64,000 bases of DNA from Tubiluchus corallicola (GCA_030141605.1 JAQGDQ010000010.1:1054001-1118000), one strand, 5' to 3'; shown: positions 27,961-43,278, counted from the stretch's first letter. The notes: generated by a model from the sequence alone, not told the origin. Made by a program: numbers and translations.

Positions 27961-30900
27961 ATTGAGATTCCTAGCTTCCAAGAATCATTATCATTTCGAA
28001 TCGGGAGTACGTACTGGCTGTGCTTTAATAAGTCTGAAAGCAATACTTTTGTGTAGAGTTAAACTCAATAAAATAAAATTGGCTAACCTTTAAAAAATTA
28101 CTCAAAAGAACTAAGCAGGAAGGTGACAGAGTTAACTTTTAGGCTTGTTTAATGGAACAAAAAACAATTTTGCTGGAATGTGCGAAATTTTGCAGAAGAT
28201 CAACTGGTCATTGGAGAATCTACGCATATTTAGCACATATTTTAGCAAACCGTGAGTTAGTAAATGTTAATTGGGAAACATAAAACTGCATAGCCACACG
28301 TGTAGATATACAGACGCATATATAGGTATATATATATATCGTCTATATATATATTTATATCTATCTATTTATTTATATCTATATATTTAAACATCTATAT
28401 ATATTTATAGAGAGAGAGAAATAGACAGACAAATAGGCTGCACATACATCAGGCAGCGCAAAAAAGGTATGATGATACGAAGTTTTATTGGCGATATTAT
28501 AAGAAGAAAACAACAGAATCTCTTGAAAGTTGCCACACTATGCTTTCGAGTATAAACACGAAAAATCTTAGCTCATACTCTTACATTTTTCCAAAGATAC
28601 AGAAGTATTAAAACAACAAGTCAAAAAAATAATTGCCGGAATGAATTTTGCGCGTCACTGTTGTTAAAATTACAGTGAGAGCTCTAGGTGTCTTTGTATT
28701 TTCAATGCAAACTAGACGAAGATGTTTCCTCTAACCGATCATGCAGTTTCTTATTTCTTTAAGGGGCATCTGGTTCCAGCGCTCAAAATTTTTGACTTTA
28801 GTTCCCCTATATCAAGCGATTTTGCAAATTTATTATTGACACATTTTTCGCACCTTTGTAGGATAGTCTGTTACAGTATAAGAAAACGATTACTAGAACT
28901 TGCGAACAATAAACATCTACTAGTTATTGTCAACGCCGCACGAATCATACAATCTCGTTATTTTACGATGAGGGAACAACAGTCTGTTTGTAAATTTATA
29001 ACAATCGTCGAACGTGATAGCTGCGGGTGCGTATTTACTGAATGTATATTACTGAATAGTATTTTTAGTGTAACTTTTGTTGTAGTATTTTATTATAGTG
29101 TGATGTAATATTTTTATGTTTCTTGTATGATTTTTATGCCGCATCTAATCTATTCAGCAGTCGTACAGTTTCTCTGCCAATTCTAGATACCGTAATCCAG
29201 AGTATTACGTTTTATCTTTTCTTGGCAACAAATTGTTATCAGTGCTTTATTTTCTGTGGCAAAACCATGATGAAAACTGGTTGATTTCTTTATTCTTTTG
29301 CTGCCACGTATTGGCTGATTTAAATACATCGCTGCTGTTTTTCGATATTGCTGCCTCCTCAATCGACGCTGCTGTTTTTCAATTGATGATTATAGATGAG
29401 ATAGATAAGATTCAAATTTTTATTTTACATAACGCATTTTCTATTATATCAAGAGAACGTTTTTAGTTTGTTCTGAAAATCTGCAGTATCACACTGACTG
29501 TTTAAGCAAATATTATAAGCTGGTTCTCCTAAAAATTTCACACAACTTTTTTCTGACTGACGCCATTAAACTTTCAGCATAGATTGAACACGTGCTTTGG
29601 CTTCACCCTGCGTCAAACCAAAGATCAGAAGATTGGCTAAAATTCTACATGTGGTGAAAGGAGCAAATAAATAAATACGAATATATGGCTTCGCCTGAAA
29701 AAACATTGAGTGTTTATGGAAATTATTGGGTAAAGGAGGACTCGCTGTTGAAAAGGAAAGCATGGGCGGACGTCCCGGAGATGGCGTACATGAAAATGAT
29801 GAAGTGAAGAGTAGTTTAGCCAAACCAAAGCCCTGGTTAAACAGCCTTCAGGTAATTACCCTTAAATTTTGCAGTAATGTTATTAATACTGCTGTTATTG
29901 GTGGTGCATTGTTCATGCTGCTGTTGTTACTCCTTCATTATTTCTACTGTCGCTGTCGTCGTGGTGGTCGTCATTGGCGTAGTCGCTGTTGTTGTTTAAA
30001 GGAGCCCGCCCTACTCACAATTTGATTATAGCTCTACTTTTTTTCAATTGCAACTCATGTAATGTCTGCATTTTCAGATTGTATCACTTATTTTATAAGA
30101 TTTGGCAAAATGCACTGGTATATACAGTACATACGCTCAAACATATGGCTAGTAACCGATGGCGTCGTAAAAACTGGAAACATTTCTGAAACCATTTAAC
30201 GCTGAAGCCAAAGAGACAATCAAATGCGCATAGAAGCCACGCTCCATTGAAAACGCCCACACATGTTCTTCCTCTTAATGGTCTGCTGCACGCACATTGC
30301 ACCTTGGCTAATAGACTACATTAAACCATTGCAAAATAAAAGGAAAAAACAGCAAATACAGCTATAGCTTCTGATTACTCCTCAAAATATTCATTAATTC
30401 TATGGCTTGCAATCAAGCTGTTTGCAGCTGTAGGATCCAAAGCATCATACTAAAGAATGGAAGTAGCAACTTTTTGGATGCAAAGCTGCCGTAGTCTAGA
30501 ATATGTGTAGCCTACGGAAAACTTACTTACGGCAATATATTAAAACATTTTTTGTAATTTCTTTTGTGAGAAATTAAATTGGGATTTCATTCGATTAGAA
30601 GGGCTGCTGCATGCGAACTCTAGGCAAGTTGATCTCATTTGTAAGGTATAGTCTTCCAGGAAGATAACATATCTCGTTCGTACCCCATTTTATTTGGTAG
30701 CTTAATGTGATTCCATTAATATTGTACAGCACATTATTTGAGAGAGTAGCCCGGTAAACCTCGTGCTTTTTACGGGTCTAAAAAATTAAAGAATTTTTCA
30801 TTTTTGGGTAAAACATGAATTTATCGAAATTTTCCATGAACCGCATTTTGGTGTCTTTTGTAATACAAAGCACCTGTATGTAAGTTATTTTGATCAAATC

Positions 30901-31149
30901 ATTTCATGTCGAATCGTAAAATAATCGCATAAAACTTTCATCACTGAGTAACCCAATTTAATACACCATGTAATCTCTCATCTGGAGATTTTAACCCTTT
31001 AAATAACAGATACTGGTTCTTAGGAAAAGCGATTATTAACTATACCATTGAGCTTTTCGACTTTATTGTAACTGTTTATCCAAAACACGGTTTTGCATAA
31101 ACACAAAGACACTACCATAATAATGAAATGAAAACACATTTACATTACA

Positions 31150-32930
31150 TACATTCATAACATGGTATTTTTAGTACAATGAATACTATAGAATCGTAAC
31201 TTTTTCTATCCTTTTCGTCTTGGATAGATATAGTTATCTTACAAATAAACATTGTCGTATTGAGAAGTCGGATATTGGTTATAGCTGAGTTGTTTTAACT
31301 TTCTTTTAAGTCAGACAAAATGTTTGTTTCCTTGATTCATTTTGGTAGCGAGTTTCACAATGGAACAGCTTATTTTAATAATGGATTATATCCGTATTTG
31401 TTGTTAGTGCTGATTTGCACTTCGTTATTTTGAAAAATAAACGTTAATGATTGGTAGCATGTCGAGAAAATGTAGTACTTAATTTAAATTGTTCACGCAT
31501 ATACAGAACAAATGCAGGCCAAATATAGAGGCCTGTGGTACACCGCTTTCAATTTAATGCCAGTCTGAATACGTGTTTTTATCCAATTTGATTCTCTATT
31601 GACTGTTGGTTACTTTTTAATTAATTATAATAACGTTACAACAAACCTGATATGTGTGAGTTTGTATGAATAAGTTCTTATCACGGCTATCGAAAGCCTT
31701 ATTGAGATCTAGGAAAGCAGCAGTTACATGTTTGTTTTTGCCAAGGTTGTTGCTCCAGTTTTCTGTTGCTCAAATGATTTGCTTCTATTACTGAATACTT
31801 TCTCGAAATCAAAACTATATTTTGTTAGAATCTAGATAGGAATTAATTTGGTCATAGATAATTTTTTCGAAAACTTTCGAGAGTCCATGTGTGATTGAGA
31901 CTGGCCTATAGTTATGAAAATTTGTTGCAGAATCTTTCTTGTAAATTGGCGTGGTATTAGCTTTTTACAGTCCTCTGAAAATTCCCTTTCATAATGACCA
32001 TTTGTTGGTAACCTGTGTAATATGTGTGGATACTATAATTATATGCTCAGTCTTTTAGTACTTCAATAGGAATATCTGAATGGCCCGTACTTTTCTTAAT
32101 GTTTAAGTTGGTAATATCTTTAAAGACACCATTGCAAGTAATGCTGGAAGGCGAGAAAGTTGTATTTGTTTTAATGTTGTTAGTCAAACTGTCAACAATT
32201 TTCTTGCTGTATAGCGCTGATTGGTGAAACTTACCAAAGTTAATAAATGTTGTATTTATAACATTGGCCATGTCCTTGGGATTGGTTATTACAGCATTAT
32301 TGTTTTCAAGCTGTGTAACTTTTATCGTGTTGTAGTGTGTTGTTGCTGGTTGCTGCTGTTGCTGCTGCTGCTGTTGTTTTGTCGTTGTCGTCATCGTTGT
32401 TTGCTGTTGCTTATGCTTAATAATCACCCTATTTCCCTTTCCACTTTATTCCCTGTTTGTGTATTAATTTTTGCGTTTATATATTGATTACTGAAATGCT
32501 TGTTTTTCAACATTTGTTACGGTTACTAAACTTGTTTCTAGCTGTTTATAGCAGCATTTTTTCTGTATTTATATATTCTGAGCAAATATATTCTTATTCT
32601 TCCTGAGATTGATGAGTTCTTCACTAAGCTCAGTCAATGTCCATGAAATTGTTATGGACACACTGATAGAAAATATGAATTTTGCTGACTACAACAGTCT
32701 CGGCAGTATAAGGGTTAATGAGCATTCCTGCTTCGGTCTTTTACTCAAGAATCACAAAGACTTGATCATTTTGCATTCAATCCAGCACTGTTCATCTTCC
32801 TCAGCAAATATTATTCGGTAAGGAAGAACCTGGCTTCATTTCCCCCGGGTGGTGGTGTCTGCAAATCTGCTGATTGAAATGGTACACAGAGTCTCGGCCG
32901 ACTTGCTAAAACACTGTTTGAGCGTTTAAA
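31150..32930 (-). mobile_element. Degenerate CR1/L2-group LINE with internal deletion
   Basis: Minus strand: ITNPKDMANVINTTF, NLNIKKSTGHSDIPIEVLKD, NYRPVSITHGLSKVFEKII, AAFLDLNKAFDS, SGVPQ, then jumps to a C-terminal NSLPK-like end; interrupted by a TGC/TGT microsatellite at ~32330-32410. Confidence 0.88.
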
Positions 32931-33714
32931 CTCTCGGTGAAGCAAAAATGATTCCGCACTGATGAAAACAAAATACATTACATCTTACAATAAACACTTG
33001 AGAAAATGGGTTCTAAGTGCCCCGATACAAAAAGTATAATTATTTCATTATAAGCAACATGGAGACCTAAGGATAAAATAATATTATTAGTTATTACAGG
33101 GAACTAGTTGATAGGGGGTGATAATATACGGCCTAGGTACATCTCTCGCAAATATCTGAAATGTTTCTTCTGAATTCTGAATTGTTTACCAGATTTTTCA
33201 TATGAAACGCTTTTTATTGACTTGTGGTTTAATGAAAAAATGTGACTTTTTTGATGGGGTTCTATGATATCACCCGGTCAGAGGGACGTTGCCTGCGAAA
33301 TGAACCAGTTAGGTATTTTGACCTAGCTCTAAAATTGCTGCTTCTTGTTTCGCCGTCAGCTAATTCAGGAAGTTCTTAAAGACTGTAAATGGATGCGAAT
33401 ACGTTTTGAAGAAAATGAAAAGACGCTAGTAATCTCAAGTTGAAACAATTAATGCAGAAGTACAAATTACAGTTTACCAACACCAAGCGGTTAGTTTTAA
33501 ATATATGTTGAAGCTAACACTAATAAAGAAACGAAAAAATATGATTAAAAAAATCTGTTTGTTGGTTTATCTGCAGGCTTACTATTCTAATAATAGCTGT
33601 ACAATGACTGATGCTAATATCGCTACACCTGATGAGGTTTATTCAGGACTTTTCTACCTAATGTCGTGGAAAATAGAACATTTGTTGTTTTATTGCACAT
33701 TTATCAAAATATGT

Positions 33715-33732
33715 AATAATAATAATAATAAT

Positions 33733-33798
<66 letters not shown>

Positions 33799-33800
33799 TA
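33715..33800. repeat. (AAT)n microsatellite
   Basis: Direct reading. Confidence 0.95.
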
Positions 33801-34869
33801 ATTTTTTTGCCTTCAAAATAACAATCATAGATAGTATATAACAATGAGTTACAAAGTTTAAAGAAGGATGGGGTGGCGAAAGAGCAAAGGGTCATCTAGT
33901 CTGCCAAGGTCATCTAATCTATTAAGAGGAAAGGAAATGAAATAATAAAAAAAATGAATGATCAGTCAGTGTGTTAGATAGTCCATCTAGCCACTACTAA
34001 TAAGGAATAAACTCGAGAAACTGAGCCACAATAACTTTATAAAAATTGCTTTTGTTCCCGGATACCAGCAAGTGACCATGCCGATGTGTTGATGTTCTGC
34101 AATTTATACAGCACTGCAATGTGAAACTTATTGCACAAATACAAGGCGGTAATTTCACACTTTGTTCAATTTTACTGGTGTATAATCAAGGTATTGTGTC
34201 AGCGGACGAGAGCGGAATATTGACTTGATCGTTCAATTAGGAGCTTATGCGTTACTGCACTTACACTGAATCGCTTTGAGAAAAAGTTGTTTTGCGACTG
34301 CAAAGATCATGCATTTTATAAAGCTTTTAGTTTTTCTTATTTAGCTCTTATTCTTTTATCTATTTCTCTCAATATTAACACCACAACCACCATCGCCATT
34401 ACCGTCATTTTTGCAACTTGCAATTTTATTTTGCACTGAAACTTCAGTTTGTAAATAAAAGTTTATGAAAAGGTTGGAAGTGTTTTAAAAAAGTCGGAAG
34501 TGTCACTTCTGACAACAGCTATCATCGTTGTCAATATTGTCATTAATTATTGGCATTATCTGCTGCGCGACTAACAGCTGAGTGGACACGATATGTACTT
34601 GGCTGCATGCAACACCGAGTCTAGTTAGTAAGTGGATGTGCGAACGCGGAGGTTGGGGTTGGGTGGTATCCAGTTCAGGGAGGTTTCATCCGTCGATGCA
34701 AAATGGTTTATACACATCTAAATCGCGGACAAAATAAAACTAAACACAAAGTCAATGCCTCAAAGGACTTATCCTTAAAAACCAACAGTCTCCAGTTGCA
34801 ACCATGCAAAATTAATAGCAGGTGCTGTTGTTACTAACTGGCTTGCATATGCCGTACTACATGTATCGT

Positions 34870-34918
34870 TATCACCACCACTACCACCATCGTCACCGTC
34901 GCGGCCACCACTACCACT

Positions 34919-34955
<37 letters not shown>

Positions 34956-35045
34956 ACAACAACAACAACAACAACATCATCTTGTTCATTATCATCGCCA
35001 CTATCACCATCATAACTACACATCATCATCACCAATACCATCATT
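34870..35045. repeat. (CAC)/(CAT)/(CAA) compound microsatellite
   Basis: Direct reading. Confidence 0.9.
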
Positions 35046-36205
35046 ATAACTATACATCATCAGCCTTTTACACTGGGCAGGCAGAAATCTAAAATAAAAG
35101 AAATCTGCGTTTCAGATAGGTAAACAAAGCAGTAATACAGCAAAAAACTAGCCATTATTATACCACTGGCTTGTCAGCACCACTTCCGAGTTACATTATA
35201 ACCACACAACCACTGCAAAACGTGGAGCAAAGTTCTTCAGTCACAATAAACATCATCATCATAATTATCATTATCATTATCAAAAAGAAAGGAAGACAAA
35301 CTTGGCCTATTCAAAGTCTTTGCACAGATGCTACAGAGACAAAACTCTATTGACAAACTGTCATTTAAGCCTGGACAAGCTCAGTAGCAATATTGATCTT
35401 CCTTCTTTATACAGAAGCACACTCGCATTTTTCAATCAAAGCACGGTGTTGGCATGTTAATAAAACCATCTGAATGTAATTTACAGGCCGTGTGTCATTA
35501 TCAAATGCCATTAAAATGCGATCAAGAATTGTTTCTTAAAGTTTCTTCTCCAAAAATTGCAATACCGAAAAATTTGTGAAACAAATAAAGCGCATGATAT
35601 GTTGAGCCTATTTTTTTCCAGTTTTGTCACTACTGAAGATGTACAATGAACACTGACCTGAAACCTACACTTCACTTTAGTTTAAATATTTGGGCCTGCT
35701 AATAACTTGATTTTGCATTTTATTAATTCATTTATTTATTTATTAATAAATAACTTGCTATTATTACCAATTAAAGTAGGTCATTTGAGACTAGCCACCA
35801 GCAAATGCTGGACACTCACAATTTCAAATTTCTTGGCTTAATGTTTCATCAATAAATAACGCAGTAGAGAGTGAAAACTAATCTATATGGTGACCATAAG
35901 AGCTGATTGTCTTTCAGTCTCTGAGATTTCACCATCAGCATTCAATGTCGCAACCAGCAGATTTTATTGACAATCTCTCGTCGCCATCCAGGGTTCGATT
36001 TACAATAACCCTTTCCCGAGAACAGCTGCACAGGACGCAGTCATTATCCTTAATTAATGCACCAGCCCCCGTCATTTGTGTGCAAGACTGTTTAATGAGA
36101 GTCGAATAAAAGAATGATTGTTGACAAAGTGTAGAAACGTGTGAAGAAAGTGTATATGTAAATTAATGTTACAGATAGCTATGGACATTAGGTCCGGCAT
36201 AAATC

Positions 36206-36408
36206 AGGGTAAACTGGGCTAATGTCGTACACAGGTAATGTCGGAAATAACACTAACTTCATATTTTTATTGAAAATAAAAAAAAGTAGTATAGACTTCG
36301 TGAATGAAGGAGGGGAAAAACAGTTAACTACCTTTTTGTAATTTTAGTAGAGCATGAAGCTCACTGTCCGACATTAGCCAGTGTACGACACTAGCCCATT
36401 TTACCATA
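36206..36408. mobile_element. MITE with ~38-bp terminal inverted repeats (pogo/Tc1-mariner-like)
   Basis: ggtaaactgggctaatgtcgtacacagg-taatgtcgga versus reverse complement of right end ggtaaaatgggctagtgtcgtacactggctaatgtcgga. Confidence 0.8.
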
Positions 36409-38581
36409 TAAGGCAGAGATCACTTCAGAATGACTTCAGTTTCGAGCAGTATAGACAGGCTCAATACTTGAGTAATATTGTTATGTCCACGGAGAACAGC
36501 AACATTTGAATGACCCTAAATTTTTGCGCCTAAGAAGTGACAATCTGGTAATGAAACCATTTAAAAATTTGCGTATCTATGTTACATTACCAAGGAATAG
36601 TAAAAACACCAGCCAGGGAAGTCTTGCTGTATCACCGTCATGTCTGAAATGTAAAGCAGTCCATTTATTACTAGGTTATTGTTATTATTGCCATGTCCAG
36701 TTTACAGCTTTAACTCGGTTAGCATTGATTATGATAATCTTAGAAGTTTGACTAAAGGAATTAGTTGAATAAAACTCAGGTGCCTTTAATAAATAAATTA
36801 ATATGCACGTCTATGTGAATGAAGGAGAAGTCTACTCTTTGGTTGGATTTTGAACAAACCTGACACACCCGAGATTGCAAAAGGAAGTTAGCAATAAGAA
36901 CTATAACAATGTTTCATTAAATTATGTTTTGGATTATAGAGTGAGCAATTAAAATTTGGTGCAATTAAAATGCGTAGAAAAAATTATCAAAGGCAGATCA
37001 CCAAAAACAATTAAAAGCTGCCTGCAAACTTCAGTGTAACTTAGCAGCTTTGTGCGAGTATCCAGTATTTATTTCCCTTGTTTTGTCAATAATTCTTGTT
37101 TGGTAAACAATTATTGCGACAGATATTATGACAGATGACAGAGCATGACAGCTCACATGAAACTTTTTCCGTGTGGGGGCGGATATAATTCGTTGCGAAG
37201 AAAACTGCAAAGAAATGAGAATAATCCTCATATTTCCTCACTGGAATCTAAATCTCAGAAACTGATTAGGACAGGATCGTGACAAATTTTCACGTGGCGG
37301 AGCAGCTGTGAACAGTTGAGACGAAGCCGTCGAGAAGGCAGGCAACAGCTTCATCTAACAGTCAGCGCGCATAATTATGAAGGAGTACAGCAGCGAAGGA
37401 TTATAATGAACGAATCATGACATCGCTAAATAAATTTACACAAACTGGGGAAGTCTAAGAATTTATTTACAAACAAAAATACGACTTATAAAATACATTT
37501 CACCTATTGTCGAAATAGTTTAGCAACTAAATATACTTTAGCAACAGAAACTAGTAGACGCCACAAACCCAACAAAAGCTGTCACATCCCATAACTTATG
37601 TAAGCAGTGTAATTCATCAGAATCCGAAGGCGAATAATGTAAGTGTCTTAAAAACATAAACACATGCTTAACAGCATAAAGTTTTTTCATAACATTTCTT
37701 AGGTTTTCCCGGGTTTCAATAACCAATCGAGTAATGAAAAATACACAGTTCTAGTCGGAAACAACGATAGCAATATACATTTGTTTTCCAAATCTGCATG
37801 TTCTTATGCATGTATGTTTGTGAATACTGTGAATATAATTTTAAGACTACAAATGTAAGCTTATGAACTGCTAATTTACTGAGATAGACATCCATAATCC
37901 TGTCAAGGCAAGCGAGAACTTAATGCCATGATGTATATGTGTATATGTCATTAGCAACAGCAAAGCAGAACTTTTAAAAAATTTTAAACAACGTTATGGC
38001 GCCAGAAATGACTTAGAGTTTACTCCTCTATTGTTTTGCTCCTTTTGATAAATAAAGTTTCTTTCAAAAATCAAAACGAATTTTATTTCCTGCTGGTCGC
38101 ACGCTTACAACTTTTCAGTTTTAAACCCTTATTTAAACACAAAAACGTTTAAGCGAAAACGAATAACTTGCACGGATACCTGCTGAAGCACTCTTTGTTC
38201 TCTGTGAAGCCGCGTGTGTTGCCATGTAAACAAAAATTAACCGCATCTCTTCAATGAAGCTACACGGTTATACAGTGCAATCTCCACGTGGATGAAACCA
38301 GCCTTGGCTACTTCAATTATGAGGCTTAAAACCACAAGGGCTATTATTGCGCGTTAGTTTAATATTTAGTAATTGATAAATTATATCCCTGTAGTAAATG
38401 CGCCTGGTGCTCACGCAATGTTTAAATGAGTAGTACACGCGACGGCTGCCTTACACGTAAGCCATCGTGAAAAAAGCGATAAATAAAGAAAATACCTCAT
38501 TTTTAAACATCTAGCTTGTATAGATTACAAGAGTTTTCTGCGAATTCTTAAAAAAATTCCCTATAGGTCGACGTATATACA

Positions 38582-38615
<34 letters not shown>

Positions 38616-38642
38616 CGCGCCCGTGCATGCGTGCGTGCGTGT
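38582..38642. repeat. (GT)n(GC)n alternating purine-pyrimidine tract
   Basis: Direct reading. Confidence 0.9.
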
Positions 38643-38999
38643 ATTCAGTTAAATCAGATAATCAGTCATCCCCTTTACTGAACCAATCGGCCGCTCGGTT
38701 GGTCAGCCAGCGTGTCAACCACTCAGCTAGTCGATCAGCCATTCAGACCGCCGGTCAGTTGGTCAGTCAGTCAGTATTTCAATAGTGAGTAAGACGTCAA
38801 AACAGACAGTCAAAATGACCAGTTAATTAATTAAGCAGTTGATTCGTTAGAGCAGAGCGTTGGTTTCCTGTTATGTCAGTATGCTGGTCAGACTAAGTCA
38901 GTTGATGTGGCTAACACAAAAAATAAATAAATAAAATACATGTATATTTTTTTCATAAAGCGCACGTTCAAGCAAAACGTTTTCAATGGTACTGTACAG

Positions 39000-39440
39000 T
39001 AAAATATTATGGTTACAACTGCACAATTAAAAAAATGTAACACTAATAAAATTATCAAAAATTTTGCACAAAACTAACAAATCGCCTACCAGACAGAGAT
39101 TATGGTAAAAAATTGGTCATTACTGAAGTTTACAATAGTTGGAAATGATCATAATAATTTTTAAAAAGGCGTGTCTTCAAGCGTTTTTTAAATAATTGTA
39201 CAGTAGAATCAGCTGTGAGGTTTTGAGGCAAGGAATTCCAATATTTTGGTGCAACAGAAGAAAATTCAAAGATCCAAAAAGTCTTTTTTCTATTAAAAGT
39301 CACCAAAAGTTCATCAAGGGAAGGTCTACTTACCTAACCTCTCATTAATTATTATACTCAGTGTCGAGATTATTACTTATGATAGTAAAAAACCTATAAC
39401 AATTTAAATTCTGATACGAAACTGGAAAGCCAGGAAATTT
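39000..39440 (-). mobile_element. CR1/L2 LINE 3' end remnant
   Basis: Minus strand FSSVAPKYWNSLPQNLTADSTVQLFKKRLKTRLF, the typical L2/CR1 ORF2 C-terminus. Confidence 0.8.
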
Positions 39441-40909
39441 GAAAACGTTGACATACACCTGTCATCAACCGATCATTTTTGACCAGTCGTCTGCCGACCA
39501 ATAGCTTATTCAGATATGCTAATCGATGATCGATCTGCATAACCATAACCAAAGAACTGCACAACCACTCTGGTCAAAATATTAATACATACGCGACAAA
39601 ATATGAACGTTAATAAAACGTTTTCAGCAGCAATTTAGTTTTACTGCGTGTAATGTTTAATATCAGCAGTTGCATTGTAGCCCTTTTTGTAGCAGAGCCG
39701 ATTTCTCGCAAGACTGCAATTATAAGCACTAACTAAAGGGAAATAGCCAATAAGCATTTTAGTGTTTGGTGAGCTCACAAATTTTAAACATTATCGATTC
39801 TACCCGCTCAAACATTTCTTGCTACGGGCATAGCTAGCGTTTTTACTGCTTTGCCAACTTCGTTCAGTCGCGAATATTTAAAAAAATTATACGCAAGGTA
39901 TATCAGCGCAATGTAACAACTAAGTGCAGACATCTAATAAAATATTATATTTAGAATATAATAAAGTTTCTGATCATTGCACAGCACTAATCAGCATCTT
40001 GCACAATGCGCATCTCATACCCTTTTCTGTAAGTTTAATAATTTCAAGTTTAACAACAAATTTACTAACAAAGTAAGAAACAAGCAATAATCAACCAGAC
40101 AAACAAGCACCTGAAACTTCCATTGAGATTGCCACTGAAAATCTATTAAAACTGAAACACACCAGACATAGAAAGAGGTACGCTGCGTAAAATTTGAATT
40201 TTTAGTTATAACCGAAGAGCATAGCCATGGATTGAACAGAGACATGCATACTCAAACCTAAACATAATATTTGACGATTGATATTTGGAAAAGTATCACT
40301 TATCCACCAGCTTTCTGCACGACCTTATCTGTACATGACGTGCTCATTATATCCATGCTTTCAGCTTTTTTGTTGATTCTATTATTGGTTTCCGTTTTTC
40401 TTTCAGTTGGACGCGAAAACCAGGCAGCAGTTCATTCAACAACAAACAACAAGGACAATTACACGCAACATCTCCAATAGATTTCCTTTCTTCTTCGACA
40501 TTGATTTACACAAGCTTTCCTGATGACTGGACTGACATTTCCTGCTAGTGGCCAATGAAATAAACACTAAAACCTGAATGCTTGAAAGTTCATATGCACT
40601 TTCTTGCCACTGCATTACAAGTTATGAACTCTATTGACTTACGCAAAATCGTAGCTACAGGCTTAAACCTTTAATGCGTTTTACAGAGCGCTGGTGATGT
40701 TAGAATGCCAATTAAGTTCCGAAACCCGAGGAATTAGGGTAACTGCTCACTTTTGGCCTTTAAGCAGTAACAATGTTATGTGCATGTTTCGTTTTTTCTC
40801 ATTAAATGTCATACAGATATTCTATGTTAGATGCAGCAACAAAGCCTAAAGAGATTATTCAAATTAACACGTTTTCAAATTGACTGTTTTTTACATATTC
40901 GTTTGCTAG

Positions 40910-41150
40910 CTTATTTATTCATTGGGTGGTTTATTTATTCCTTCTTCCATTCGTTCGTACGTCTGTCACTTCATTCATTCACTCATATACTTATTTATTT
41001 ATTCATTCTTTCTTTCATTCATTCACTCATTCATTTCATTCACTCAATTACTCATTCACTCACTCATTCGTTCGTTCGTTTCATTTGCTTATTAATCTAT
41101 TCATTCATTTGTTCACTCGTTCATTGGCTTACGCATTGTTCGTTCATTCC
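40910..41150. repeat. Degenerate (CATT)n microsatellite
   Basis: Direct reading. Confidence 0.88.
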
Positions 41151-41621
41151 GCCCTTTAAACACATGTATGATTAAAGTCTTGTTTGTGGTATTTATTTAT
41201 TCGTTTGCAAAATATTATTCTGCTCGTTTACTATGTACAAGTGCATGTGCTATTTGCTATGTGCTGTAGGAAATGAACGAAATGAGCGCACGAAGTTTTT
41301 CGTTCACCCGTCAGTTTTTACGTGGTTCACTGTGCCTCTTGCCCATTCATTTTGCGCTTCCATTCAGGCCGAGAATAAACCCGCAGATTGATCTTTCACT
41401 GTCATAATGATTAATCATTTTGTATTTTAGTGCAGGAAGCTCATGTTTGCTTCATTAATGTTGTCATAATGAGCCGTGGTTGAATTACCGACCTATTTGT
41501 ACAAGGTATAAATAAATTTGATTTACATCAGATGACTGGGCCACCGCTGTAACGACACACAATACGTGTGCACTGTGCAACTGCATTGTGCTCGAAATGT
41601 AGGTCAATATGAACAGTGAAA

Positions 41622-41655
41622 TCTCTCTCTCTCGCTCTCACACACACACTCTCTC

Positions 41656-41736
<81 letters not shown>

Positions 41737-41768
41737 CTCTCCCCTCTCTTTGCCTTTCTCTGCCTCTT

Positions 41769-41802
<34 letters not shown>

Positions 41803-41925
41803 GTCATTCTCTCCCTCCTCTCTCTCTCTCATTCTCTCTCTCCTCTCCTTCTCTCTCTCTGTTTCTCTCCATTCTCTATTTCTTTCTCTTTCTCTCTCTC
41901 TCTCTCTCTCTCACTCTGTCTCTTT
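41622..41925. repeat. (CT)n/(CA)n compound microsatellite
   Basis: Direct reading. Confidence 0.95.
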
Positions 41926-43242
41926 TTAGCCTGCCTCCCTTCCTCCTCACACGCTGCACCATATCTGAGGCTAACTCTACTTTAGGTTATCATATTCCCG
42001 GACCATCCGTGCCTGATTTTCCTATTGGCTAAGGCCTCAATATGCAGGGGCATCAGATCATTTTTGACACTGTCATGTCCTCATAATCAAGTAAGAGCTT
42101 TTTTAATCATTCAAAATAATGCATTGCAATAACAACTGTCACAACATTAAGCCTAATATGAAACTGTCACAGTTAAACTCTTTTAATCATAATCAGCTTA
42201 TTAATACTTCCAAAGCCAATAAAATTTATGAACTCAAGATTTTTTAAAAAACTATAACAGTAAAGTTACAATTTTATATTTAGTAAGAATTTCTGTTAAA
42301 ATTCTTATTTTTAAAGTGCTTGCAAAGTTCACTTTTTGCAAAAAGGTTTCATAATGTTTATTTTAACAGTTATGTATTTTATTCACTACAGTGTTTAGCA
42401 ATATCATCTTCTAATTCTTTAGCGAAGGAACAGTGAATTATGGAATTTTTAACCTTTAACCCATTATTATCCTTCGTTTCACTGAATTTTGTTTAAAATA
42501 CTATACTCTTCCATCCTTCCCTAGTCGCATTCGAGGGTGGTGGATTTGGAGGAACCTCGCAGGTGGATATAGGAGCGCTTTTTTTCCAAATCCGGTACTA
42601 TTTGTACGTCAGTTCTTGCAAAGGTTTATGTTTTTATTAAGTTTGCTAACTTATAAACTTATGTCTTGTAAACGTGTATAAGGCCAAATTTTTCTCAAGT
42701 ACGAAGTTATTGATTTCGTAGTTCACTATATTTTTTGCCTACTTACTTTCAGGTATTTTATAGTGCTACAATACGAAAGCTTCCACTTTTTATGTAAGGC
42801 CAGTGCCAGGAATTCACAATAAGTTTTAATCTCATTTACTTGGGTATGTTATTAACATCTTTCTCTCAACTTCTTTCCCTCTCTTTCGCACTATTTTTGG
42901 GTTTTCTCTGTTCTTCCTTTACAACTACGCTAGTCATTCCTAATCCCTCATTTCATTGTCTGCTCTTTCATCAATCTAGACCGTCTATGTGAACAGATCC
43001 GAAAACTCGCTCCATTTTTCCATGTCAAATTCGAAGTCAAAAAGTTCATGCTCAATTGCGAAGCCCTGTATACCCAACATGTACACACCATTAGTTTAAA
43101 TATCAGTGTACGTTACCCGAGCCGAGTCGTTAGCAACAACCAATTGACAAACATGAAGAACGCAAGACAGCGTGATGTAGCACAGACTAACACTGAAACT
43201 AATCCTTGCGACGAGACTACGCAAACAAACTAACGTACTTAC

Positions 43243-43278
43243 TCGCCTTTGAACCTACCAAATGGTGGTGATATACAT
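43243..43278 (-). other. Candidate 36-nt exon (possibly 5'UTR of the GPR158-like gene or a lncRNA)
   Basis: Minus strand: ctaac branch motif, T run, atag | atgtatatcaccaccatttggtaggttcaaaggcga | gtaagt. Confidence 0.35.

Noticed and set aside
29762-29851. Plus-strand MGGRPGDGVHENDEVKSSLAKPKPWLNSLQ followed by CAG|gtaatt
   Set aside because: No recognisable homology; joining to the nearest acceptor (30078) stops after six codons
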